From: Candidatus Undinarchaeota archaeon
Lineage (GTDB): Archaea > SpSt-1190 > JASMDC01
Assembly: GCA_964519305.1 (NCBI GenBank)
Contig: CAZFHY010000001.1
Span: 474,132-538,131 of the forward strand
Reading direction: 5' to 3'
DNA length: 64,000 nt
The notes under the pieces were generated by a model. It was not told the origin of the DNA, ran no database searches, and saw nothing but the letters and a program-made list of their open reading frames with translations. Made by a program: the position numbers and the translations under genes. Below, in pieces: positions 8,470 through 16,911 of this stretch. Every line of letters begins with the position of its first letter. Position 1 is the first letter of the stretch.

Positions 8470-10002
8470 TCATTCAAAGGTGACCAGCAGCGGCCGCCCA
8501 GCACCCGGTACGGTTATCCGTGTTATCTCCCGCTCACCTGCGCGGAGCACAACTGCATCATCGGTCCGCTCTACCGTATCGACCTTCGCAAGGTCCGGGT
8601 GGATGGCGTCACCGAAGGGTATAAGGTTCTCGACCTCCACGCGGCCACCCCGACGACGTCCCCATAGGGAAAGGCGACAGGCCGGTGATGCGTACACAAC
8701 ATGGCACCGCAGTGCGTGTTCCACAGCGGTCGCCAGAAGGGGCTCTCTCCGACGGAGGGCGGTCATCAGGTCCCGCGCCATACGGAGGCTCGGAGCACAC
8801 GTATACGTATGCGGCTGGTGGGACACAAGTCCCGTAATGTATGTGGATAGTGTATTGAGCTCAAAGGGATATGCGTCCGCGGGCTTCTCGTCGTAGGCGG
8901 CCATGGCAAGGTCCGGATGACGCCCTGCAGCGACGTGCCGGGCATAGAACCGGCGACAGCACTCCGGGTAGCCGAGCGCCTCGCCCAGGGCATTATCGTC
9001 ACCTACAGCATCTGCGTCCCGTACTGCCCGGGCTGCGGCCTTCTCCGGTGCCAGATAGTAGAAGACCAGTCCTGTCCGGGGATCGGACGAGCGTTCGCGT
9101 AGACCCGCCTCGTTGGGGCCGAACCTATGACGGAAGGTCGCCTGCTCCAAAGCCAATCCTCGGTGACGACAGAAGTCGGCCAATTCCTTGGAGCGGTCCA
9201 GGTCGAGGGATACACGGGCCGCAGGCTTGAGCCCTTCCTCCATTGCTATGACCTCCAGTGCGAGCCCGATAGGCCAGTCGTTTAGCCCACTGTCGGTCAG
9301 CGGGTAGGGTGCTTTTCCGCAGGTCACAGTGAAGGGGAAGCCCTCGAGCCGCACGGGGATATCGTGATGAGCGATTATATCGACGGCCATGTCCACGGGC
9401 GGGTATGACTTGTGCGGATGGACCTTATGGGACGTCCCGCGGACAAGTCCATTGTCACCCCACATTGGATTGCGGACGACGACCCGCGCCACACCACGCA
9501 GTGATTTGGCGATGAACCGAGCTGTCTCCGTAAGGTGTGAAAGTGCACGTCGTGTCGCCACGGCCTCGACCTCGATCCAGAGACCGAGGGCGACGAGCGT
9601 GCGTATCCCAGCAACACAGGCATCGAAGCTCCCGGGTATAGTGGTCTCGGCATCATGGACCATCGGCCGGGGACCGAATAGGCGCACGGTGAACCGGTCT
9701 ATCCCTGCTTCCGATAAGGAGGTCGCGTACGTACGGTCCGCGCATCGTGCCGCATCGGTCACTAGGTGGACGATCGCATCAGGGCGTTCCTTTCGGACGG
9801 CACGTACAAGGTCCGTGAGGTCATCCCTGTTCGTCGGTTCCTCGCCGACCAGCACCAGCTCCTCGTCCAAAGGAACGCCATCGATAGCGGCCAGTATATC
9901 ACTGATCGAAGGATCCTCCGGATAAGCAGGGAGTGCCGGGCGCAAGGCCCGGCACGCCGCGCACTCGCTGCTACCAGCCCCTCCTATCCAGAGGAACGCC
10001 AC
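8470..10002 (-). CDS. Degenerate radical-SAM (HxsC-like) domain fused to DUF483-like domain
   Basis: N-terminal GSSECAAC (only CxxC of CxxxCxxC), VGEEPT in place of GGEPT, HDAETTIPGSF; C-terminal GLKPAAR, GEALGYPECC, SHQPH. Confidence 0.7.
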   Translation of the reverse strand: MAFLWIGGAGSSECAACRALRPALPAYPEDPSISDILAAIDGVPLDEELVLVGEEPTNRDDLTDLVRAVRKERPDAIVHLVTDAARCADRTYATSLSEAGIDRFTVRLFGPRPMVHDAETTIPGSFDACVAGIRTLVALGLWIEVEAVATRRALSHLTETARFIAKSLRGVARVVVRNPMWGDNGLVRGTSHKVHPHKSYPPVDMAVDIIAHHDIPVRLEGFPFTVTCGKAPYPLTDSGLNDWPIGLALEVIAMEEGLKPAARVSLDLDRSKELADFCRHRGLALEQATFRHRFGPNEAGLRERSSDPRTGLVFYYLAPEKAAARAVRDADAVGDDNALGEALGYPECCRRFYARHVAAGRHPDLAMAAYDEKPADAYPFELNTLSTYITGLVSHQPHTYTCAPSLRMARDLMTALRRREPLLATAVEHALRCHVVYASPACRLSLWGRRRGGRVEVENLIPFGDAIHPDLAKVDTVERTDDAVVLRAGEREITRITVPGAGRPLLVTFE

Positions 10003-10017
10003 GTGGCCAGTTCCCGC

Positions 10018-11499
10018 CTACTTCTTCAGCCCGAGGGCGTAGAAGCCACCGACGACCACGAGGATGGCGATGACAGCGACGACTGCTGTGTTGGGGGCCG
10101 GCTGGGTCGTGGGTGCCGAGGACTCGGCGCACACATCGCCCGAACAGGTCCATCCAACGGGACAACCACAGTCCTTGCAGCAGTTCTCCTGGCTCTCGCC
10201 CTGCTGGCATACGTTGTCGCCGCAGGTGGCCGGGGGAGGCTGGACCGGTTTATCGGTCGTGATAGGCTCAGTACCGCCTGTTCCGGGACCGGGCGTCCCG
10301 GTGGGTATGGGGAGACCATCATCGGTTGTCGGTGTGGGAAGATCGGTGGTCCCTGTACCTTCAGCAGCACCGGTGCCCTCGTCGGCCCCAGTCCCCTCGG
10401 GAGGGACCTCAGAAGGTGTTTCGGGGGGCGGAGGGGGTGTGACCAGAGTTGTGGTCTCCACCTGGAAGCCCTGGACCCATTCTGGGCCAGCGTTCCCGGA
10501 TTGTCGACCTTCACCCTCGCCTGCGAAGTCCCAGGCCCAGCAGTGGATCTCGTAGCGTCCTTCGTTCCAGCCATTGAGGGCCATCGCCTTTCCGATGGTC
10601 ATTTTCACTTTCGCACCATCTGGAGGTGTGGCGGCCTGTCGCTCACAGATATTTGGCTCGAACACACCGGGGGCACACATTGAGTCGTTCTGAGCATTAG
10701 CAGAATCCATCCCGATGAACCTGCAGTTCATCTGCCAGGCCGAACCGGACTCGATCACGATGAGGTTCGCGGTCACGTCCTCGAGTTGGTTCATGTTCCA
10801 GCTAGGATTCGGAGTGAACACCCCGCCCTCGAGCGAGAGCATGGGTGCTTGGACGTCAAGATTCACCGTTTCGCCACCGGCACCAACGACGGCGGTACCG
10901 ACAGTGACCTGCTTGTGCTTGCATGCTGCGCACTCCGCGCTCCAGTCGGGGCAAGTCGTCTTGTTGACGCACACAGTGAGGTATGGTTGACCCTGAGGGA
11001 AGTAGTTGAGAGGTTGCTCGAACGTCGCAGAGTCGGTCCCAACAGGGATCGGAACCGTCTGGTGAGGATCACTTCGTAGGTTCACCTGGCCGAACCCGGA
11101 GATGAACAGGTGGGCCTGTGTATCAGCGTCCGCGGCGATACCGGTGACCATCACCTTGATCATGGGTGCATCGACCGTCCCGTGCTCGTCCACGAATCCG
11201 GCCTCACTGGACATGCAGATGGCCGGGTCCACGCTCCCTCCGGGTGTGGTCTCCGCGGGCCTCCACTTGCACGTGGCGTCCGCAGTGCACGCCCCTTCGC
11301 TCGTATGTTTGTCGCAGGGGTCCTCCACGAACGTCGTCTCCGATATCTTCATCGCCGGGATGGGGTCCGGATCGTTCGTAACGATTCCGCTAATTGCGAT
11401 CCCTTCGATGTTGCCATCGGCCGTAGGCGCCCGAGGGGCACCCATAGTCAATCCTGCAATCAGGAATAGTGTAATTACAGCTACCAGTCGTCTGTCCAT
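10018..11499 (-). CDS. Secreted, C-terminally anchored Cys/Pro/Thr-rich surface protein
   Basis: Signal peptide MDRRLVAVITLFLIAGLTMG, Pro/Thr/Gly linker, CGDNVC..E..ENCCKDCGC module, C-terminal TM + KK. Confidence 0.8.
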   Translation of the reverse strand: MDRRLVAVITLFLIAGLTMGAPRAPTADGNIEGIAISGIVTNDPDPIPAMKISETTFVEDPCDKHTSEGACTADATCKWRPAETTPGGSVDPAICMSSEAGFVDEHGTVDAPMIKVMVTGIAADADTQAHLFISGFGQVNLRSDPHQTVPIPVGTDSATFEQPLNYFPQGQPYLTVCVNKTTCPDWSAECAACKHKQVTVGTAVVGAGGETVNLDVQAPMLSLEGGVFTPNPSWNMNQLEDVTANLIVIESGSAWQMNCRFIGMDSANAQNDSMCAPGVFEPNICERQAATPPDGAKVKMTIGKAMALNGWNEGRYEIHCWAWDFAGEGEGRQSGNAGPEWVQGFQVETTTLVTPPPPPETPSEVPPEGTGADEGTGAAEGTGTTDLPTPTTDDGLPIPTGTPGPGTGGTEPITTDKPVQPPPATCGDNVCQQGESQENCCKDCGCPVGWTCSGDVCAESSAPTTQPAPNTAVVAVIAILVVVGGFYALGLKK

Positions 11500-11593
11500 G
11501 GCGCCTTTCGTTCAAGCGATATAATAAAAAGCTTACCCCGCGGCACCTGTCCGACCACCGGTTTTATAACCGTTGAGAGCCGTTCCCGTCCCT

Positions 11594-12406
11594 ATGGGAG
11601 ACGCCCTCTCCTCGGTAGTCCTTGGCGTGCTCCAGGGCGTGCTGGAGTGGCTGCCTGTGAGCAGCCAGGCATATCTCACCGTTCTCTCTTCGTTCATCAT
11701 GGGGCTTGCTCCCGGAGAGGCGGTCGACCTTGCCATCGCGCTCCATCTCGGCACGACTCTTGCCGCGATCGTCGCCTTCCGGGCACGGCTCATCACAATA
11801 GCCCACGGATTCAGCGTTTGGGTCCGACGTGTCCGTACAGAGCCGTTCGGTACCGAGGAGGATGCTGTCACGTCCACCCTTGTAGTGGCCACTCTGGTCA
11901 CTGGTATCGTGGGTTTCCCCGTGTACCTTGCGGTCAAGAGCACGGCGTCCGCATTGCCCGGTTCAGCGCTCCTCCTCCTCATGGGAGCGGCTCTCGTTGT
12001 CACTGGAATGCTCCACGAGGACAGTGGGGTGGATGGTGATCGCGAGCTCACGTCTCTCGGGTGGGGTGATGCGGTGCTCCTAGGTGCATGTCAGGGACTG
12101 GCGGCCGTCCCCGGTATCAGCAGGTCAGGGATAACTGTGGCGTTCCTCCTTCTGCGCGGGCTTCCCTCATCTAAGGCGCTGGAGCTCTCCTTCCTTGCAG
12201 GCATCCCTGCTGTACTGGGAGCTGAGGTGTTCCTCAGCGCCCAGGGAATGACCATCGATCCCGTGGCACTGATAACAGCTTTCGTCACCGGACTCGTGAG
12301 CCTCGGTCTGCTCATGCGAGTGGCCCGGAATATAGCGTTCGCCCGGTTCTGTGTGATAGTGGGCGCGCTCACCGTGCTCGGGGCGGCCGGTGCGCTCGTC
12401 CTGTAG
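11594..12406 (+). CDS. uppP: Undecaprenyl/polyprenyl-diphosphate phosphatase (BacA family)
   Basis: LGVLQGVLEWLPVSS, LHLGT, QGLAAVPGISRSG. Confidence 0.92.
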   Translation: MGDALSSVVLGVLQGVLEWLPVSSQAYLTVLSSFIMGLAPGEAVDLAIALHLGTTLAAIVAFRARLITIAHGFSVWVRRVRTEPFGTEEDAVTSTLVVATLVTGIVGFPVYLAVKSTASALPGSALLLLMGAALVVTGMLHEDSGVDGDRELTSLGWGDAVLLGACQGLAAVPGISRSGITVAFLLLRGLPSSKALELSFLAGIPAVLGAEVFLSAQGMTIDPVALITAFVTGLVSLGLLMRVARNIAFARFCVIVGALTVLGAAGALVL

Positions 12407-12411
12407 ACGGC

Positions 12412-12900
12412 TCAGGCCGGGAGGAAGCCCAGCTCCTTGACCAGTTCCCTACGCGCCTGCACTTCCTCATCGGTCTCCTTCTTCGTTGCGTGGAGCCCGT
12501 CCACGACACCCACTACAGCTCGGCCGAGGCCGGTCTTGGCCACGAGGAGCTCGAGCGGATTGGATGTAGCCACATAGATGTTGACCACACAAGGGATGGC
12601 CTTGATCGTGTTGAGGAGGTTGATGGGGTAGGCGCCGTCGAGATAGATGACGAACACATGGCCCGCAGCTATGTCGAGGGCGGTCTGGGATGCAAGGTCC
12701 TTGAGAACGTCATCGTTACCGTTCATTCGGGTGAGCTGTGGCTTGCTCTCGTTCATTGCTACGCCGAACTTCACGTTCGGCACGGTCGAGATGATGGCCG
12801 TGTAGATATCATCGATCGTCTTTACGGAGAAGTTCCCCTGACCGATGATCATTTCGTTCGTGTTCGGGTTCTTGATCTCTATGACGTCGATCTCCACCAT
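12412..12900 (-). CDS. Adenosine-specific kinase family protein (DUF355)
   Basis: IIGQGNF, FGVAMNE, AAGHVFVIYL, YPIN, ATSNP, GRAVVGVVDG. Confidence 0.8.
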   Translation of the reverse strand: MVEIDVIEIKNPNTNEMIIGQGNFSVKTIDDIYTAIISTVPNVKFGVAMNESKPQLTRMNGNDDVLKDLASQTALDIAAGHVFVIYLDGAYPINLLNTIKAIPCVVNIYVATSNPLELLVAKTGLGRAVVGVVDGLHATKKETDEEVQARRELVKELGFLPA

Positions 12901-14731
12901 GGCTTTCACCGAACCATAGCATGAACCCAAGTAATAAGAACGTGATGTTCACGGCCGCTATGAGCTTTAGCGATCGTGATGGGGTACCCTCGGGCTCTTG
13001 TACAGGAGCTTGTATGGATGGGGGGCCTTGTGCGATCTGCAGGGCTAACTCTTCGGACGCAACGGCCCGACGAGCAAAAAGTATAGCATCCAGGGCGTTA
13101 CCCGTTCCGTTCCCCACTTCCTCGAGAGAGAGAAGAGCGTATTCCTGGTTGATGAAACCCGAGAGATGTGTGGGCTTGAAGCTCGTGTTCACCTCTGTTC
13201 GCGCCCTCGCTTCGAGGTCGTTGAGATCGGTAGAAAGCGCCTCCGTCGTCGCATAAGATGAGGCGGCATCGAAGCAGGAAGCGACGGTCCACCCCTTCTG
13301 TTCCTCAAGCCGGGAGGCAAGATAGAAGCGGTCAGCTCCCACTAGGTCCGGGACGCCGAAATTCTGGGCGGTTATTATCCCGGTACGTGCGCTCTCCATG
13401 AGGTCCGCACAATGGGACTCCAGATCTCGGGGCTTGCCGACGGGTTCGATGGTCTTTGCATGCTCATGGAACACCGTTGCGCCGTGCACCCATTCCTCAG
13501 CGGCCATGACATAGAAAGCGAACAGTTCATCGGTCGGAACCTCGATGCTCTCCCCCATGCCCGTTACGATAAGGGAAAGGAAGTACTCGGCCCACATTAA
13601 CCGCTGTTGCGCGAATACGATGAGTTCCATACGCAGTGGAGGAAGGGGAGCGGCACCAACGTACTGTTCGAGCATCGCAGCATCGCGACGGATCGTTCTT
13701 ACGCGGTCCAGAACGATCTGCCGACGCTCGGTATCGGTCCTGTTGTCGAGCTCCTCCCGGAAGTGGAGGACCTTGATGTCGATGACCGCTCTGAAAGCTT
13801 CCGAGGCCGCAGGATATCGGTAGCCCCGGGCCAGTAGATCGTCCGCCCTGTCGATGCGTTCTTGAATAGGCTGTGTCCCATTGAGGTCACGCACCTCATA
13901 GAACGCCTCCTTGGCCCGCTTCAGTTCTGCCATGGCCACGGCCTCAAGCACGGTCGTGATATCGCCCTGACCGAAAGACCGCGGGGACACCTCGCCCTCC
14001 AGTGCTATGTCCACGGCCTCTCGCAGTGTACCGGCCTCTTTTAGCTCGACACCATAATGGTCACGGATGAACGGTGCCAGTGCCATGGACGAAAGACCCC
14101 GTGACAGGACCGTAGCGCGATGATCAACGAAGGTGGGCGCAGGTGCACTCCCCGTGGGCAAGGGAGCGCCATGCTCGATGAAACCGATCACGAGCGGGAG
14201 GGGAGCAATGAGCGTACCCTGACCCCGCGGGACCACCATGGTACGACTCGAGTGGGCCAGGGCCTGGGCCTTTCGTAGCAGCCCCCCCACAGGCTGTACG
14301 TCACCGTCCACTTCAATAGACCCTGTGAGCACGACATCGTCCCTTGGAGTGCGGCCCCGTATAATGGCCGCGAGCCCTACCGCGGCAGGCAGACCTGCAG
14401 ATGGGCCCGTTACTGAGCGGGCTGACGTATCGAAGGTGAATATGATATCACGGTCCGCAAAGGACACCCCTTCAAGCACTTCGGCAGCGGAGATGGCGGC
14501 CTCAAGGGAGCGCTGAGTGTTGAGCTCAAGCGGAGGGACTATCTCTGAGAGGGCACGACCCGAGCCGGGGCGCACCTCAATGATGAGGTCAGTGATGATG
14601 CCCTCGCCACCCTCTGTGACCGCCACCAGAGGGAGCATGACCGACGAAGGGATGACATGTGCAAGAAGGAAGAGGGATACTACAAAGATCGTTGTCCCTA
14701 CAATCCGCTGATGGACCCCGTCGCCGTCCAC
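12809..14731 (-). CDS. Archaeal membrane-anchored S16 (Lon-C-like) serine protease
   Basis: N-terminal TM, Ser-Lys dyad region TGPSAG..LTGSI..PVGGLLRKA, helical C-region, C-terminal TM; no AAA+ motif; 3' end overlaps next gene by ~90 bp. Confidence 0.82.
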   Translation of the reverse strand: MDGDGVHQRIVGTTIFVVSLFLLAHVIPSSVMLPLVAVTEGGEGIITDLIIEVRPGSGRALSEIVPPLELNTQRSLEAAISAAEVLEGVSFADRDIIFTFDTSARSVTGPSAGLPAAVGLAAIIRGRTPRDDVVLTGSIEVDGDVQPVGGLLRKAQALAHSSRTMVVPRGQGTLIAPLPLVIGFIEHGAPLPTGSAPAPTFVDHRATVLSRGLSSMALAPFIRDHYGVELKEAGTLREAVDIALEGEVSPRSFGQGDITTVLEAVAMAELKRAKEAFYEVRDLNGTQPIQERIDRADDLLARGYRYPAASEAFRAVIDIKVLHFREELDNRTDTERRQIVLDRVRTIRRDAAMLEQYVGAAPLPPLRMELIVFAQQRLMWAEYFLSLIVTGMGESIEVPTDELFAFYVMAAEEWVHGATVFHEHAKTIEPVGKPRDLESHCADLMESARTGIITAQNFGVPDLVGADRFYLASRLEEQKGWTVASCFDAASSYATTEALSTDLNDLEARARTEVNTSFKPTHLSGFINQEYALLSLEEVGNGTGNALDAILFARRAVASEELALQIAQGPPSIQAPVQEPEGTPSRSLKLIAAVNITFLLLGFMLWFGESHGGDRRHRDQEPEHERNDHRSGELLRKDDR

Positions 14732-14735
14732 GAGC

Positions 14736-15980
14736 TCACTCCTTGGCCACGTTACCGCGTCCCAGGCGTTCGTGTGCTGTTACTAGATGGCCGGCGGCCA
14801 GTGCGCCCAGAAGGGAGAGTTCCCCGGCAAGGGATGCTGCTGCGAATATCTCAGCTAGTTTCTTGGCGTTGGCACCCGGGTCATTCGTGTTCGGACCTGA
14901 GCAGCCAATGATGTTCATCGCTTCGAGCTGGGTGGGTAGTCCGGTCCCGCCACCGATGGTAGCGACCTCGAGCGATGGAAGGGTGATGCTGGCATAGAGG
15001 TCCCCGTCATCCGTAACCTCTGCCGTGACCATCGACATGGACGACTCCACTACCTGGGCAGGATCCTGTCCCGTTGCTATGAAGAGGGCCGCGATGATGT
15101 TCGCCACATGCGCATTGAAGCCGTAGGCAGCGGCTTGAGCGCCACCTATGTACAGCTTCCGGTAGGCAACATCCGATAGGGCCTCAGGTGTGCATTTGAA
15201 CACCTTCTGGACTATCTCCCTAGGAAAGATCACATCGGCCTGGACGGTCTTGCCCCTTCCCTCGATCCAGTTCATTGCCGAAGGCTTCTTATCGACGCAC
15301 AGGTTCCCCGAGGTCGCGACGAGCACGGCGAAAGGATTATGCTCGCTGATGAAGTCACAGGCAGCACGACTTCCTTTCGAGATCATGTTCATGCCCATGG
15401 CATCGGCAGGATCGGCAAGGAACCTGATGAAAACGTTCCGCCCTACGATCCAGATCCTGAGATCCCGCAGCCATACGAAGGGCTCGTCACCCTTGAAGGC
15501 CGCCGCCACCTCTTCGAAATGCTCCTCGACCCATAGTTTGAGTTTGACGGCATGGTGGGTGTCCGGTACCTGCATCACAGGGGCGCGCGTCATTAGGGAA
15601 CGGAGCACACGTACCGTAGCGCCACCGGACTTGGAGATGGCCGAGCAGCCACGCGCCACCGATGCTAGCAGCGCGCCCTCGGTCGTTGCCATGGGAAGGT
15701 AGAACTCACCGTTGGCGTATTCACCATTGACCTTGATCGGGCCAGCTATACCGGTGGGAATCTGTGTCCATCCGACAGGATTCTCAACGTTCCTTGCCCG
15801 TGTTATGCTCATCTCGATCGCGCTGGAACCCATGTTCTTGAGGGATACTCCCGTGGCCTGTTCGATGGCGATGCGGCGGATCTCGGTGGCACGGTCGATG
15901 TCGCCGTCCACAAGGCCTTCGACCTGGTGGAGTCTGACCTCGCCCGCTGCGACCTTCTTGATGAGCTCAGAATCGTCCAT
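14736..15980 (-). CDS. hmgA: HMG-CoA reductase, class I
   Basis: ENPVG, PMATTEGAL, DAMGMNM, SGNLCVDKK, ATGQDPA, GGGT, C-terminal catalytic His (AHERLGR). Confidence 0.96.
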   Translation of the reverse strand: MDDSELIKKVAAGEVRLHQVEGLVDGDIDRATEIRRIAIEQATGVSLKNMGSSAIEMSITRARNVENPVGWTQIPTGIAGPIKVNGEYANGEFYLPMATTEGALLASVARGCSAISKSGGATVRVLRSLMTRAPVMQVPDTHHAVKLKLWVEEHFEEVAAAFKGDEPFVWLRDLRIWIVGRNVFIRFLADPADAMGMNMISKGSRAACDFISEHNPFAVLVATSGNLCVDKKPSAMNWIEGRGKTVQADVIFPREIVQKVFKCTPEALSDVAYRKLYIGGAQAAAYGFNAHVANIIAALFIATGQDPAQVVESSMSMVTAEVTDDGDLYASITLPSLEVATIGGGTGLPTQLEAMNIIGCSGPNTNDPGANAKKLAEIFAAASLAGELSLLGALAAGHLVTAHERLGRGNVAKE

Positions 15981-16056
15981 GGCGGTTCGTGCAGAGCGGG
16001 TGTCGTGAGATATTTAAAGGTTCCCGGGGCGCCGCCTGCAGCGGTGGGGATCAGTT

Positions 16057-16671
16057 ATGGAAGGTGACGACACGGTCCGCATCCTTTGCTGTTCGGACCT
16101 TCATGGACGTGCAGACATCGCCCAAAAGGCCGCTGCCGATGAGCACGTCGATCTCGTCTTCGTGCTCGGTGACGCCGAGGGATACTGGGATTCCGATGTC
16201 CCTGTATACGCTGTCCTCGGGAATCATGAGGACTGGCAACAGGTCGACGAAATCCTTACCGGTCGACGGACGTTCCGTAATCTTACCCTCATCCCATCGG
16301 GAACGGTCACACGGATTCCCGAGCTCGATATCACGGCCGGTGCTCTAGGTGGGGTGTGGGCCGAGCGACCGCGCAAGCGTGGCCATTTCAGACAGGCCGA
16401 AGTAGAACGTCTGAAGGAGGCTGGTCACGTCGACGTGCTGCTCACCCACGAGTCGCCCCGCCCACTCTGGCATGGGTGTTCGACCATCACGCACCTGGTG
16501 GCCTCCCTCTCTCCCTCGCTCTCCCTTTCCGGCCACGTCCACAGCCCCCAGATAATGCGGTACGAGGCCACCGATACATGGTTGGTGAACACGCCGCCCA
16601 TCGCCGAGGGGCACGCCGTGGTGACATGGCTAGACGGTCAAGTGAGAAAGGTCGAACTGAAAGTCAGATAG
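16057..16671 (+). CDS. Calcineurin-like metallophosphoesterase
   Basis: SDLHG, LGD, GNHE, LTHE, SGHVH. Confidence 0.88.
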   Translation: MEGDDTVRILCCSDLHGRADIAQKAAADEHVDLVFVLGDAEGYWDSDVPVYAVLGNHEDWQQVDEILTGRRTFRNLTLIPSGTVTRIPELDITAGALGGVWAERPRKRGHFRQAEVERLKEAGHVDVLLTHESPRPLWHGCSTITHLVASLSPSLSLSGHVHSPQIMRYEATDTWLVNTPPIAEGHAVVTWLDGQVRKVELKVR

Positions 16672-16707
16672 AGTGCGCGTCAAAAGCTACCAACCGTTCG
16701 TCATACC

Positions 16708-16816
16708 CCGCACATCTCAGAGAGACAGTTTGCTGTCATCGCCCTTTCGGGCTAGGCTAGCGAAATACTCTTCATCGGGCAAGGTCTGTGGGTGTTACAC
16801 CTCATCATCCGCGCGG
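16708..16816 (-). ncRNA. Probable box C/D guide sRNA (~109 nt)
   Basis: Minus strand: CCGCGC-GG-AUGAUGA (box C, 16808-16802) ... CUGA (box D, 16720-16717)-GAU-GUGCGG; terminal stem CCGCGC/GUGCGG; own BRE/TATA AAAAGGTTTTTTAA ~22 nt upstream; internal C'/D'-like boxes. Confidence 0.7.
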
Positions 16817-16837
16817 AAAGGACGGTAGACCGGCCTG

Positions 16838-16851
16838 TTAAAAAACCTTTT
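16838..16851 (-). promoter_or_regulatory. BRE/TATA promoter of the C/D sRNA
   Basis: Minus strand AAAAGGTTTTTTAA with no protein gene downstream on that strand. Confidence 0.6.
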
Positions 16852-16911
16852 GGCGCGGGCGGGTGAACCTTTTTAAAGGAGAGCACCTACCCCGACCGCC
16901 GGTGCAATCCT

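Noticed and set aside
8470-10002. Radical-SAM protein as the missing NrdG activase for nrdD
   Set aside because: The cluster motif is incomplete and the architecture is wrong; nrdG is probably outside the window.
11594-12406. uppP plus lysozyme as evidence of peptidoglycan synthesis or a bacterial contig
   Set aside because: UppP homologs are common in archaea for polyprenol carriers; gatDE, P0/P1 and class III pilins are archaeal.
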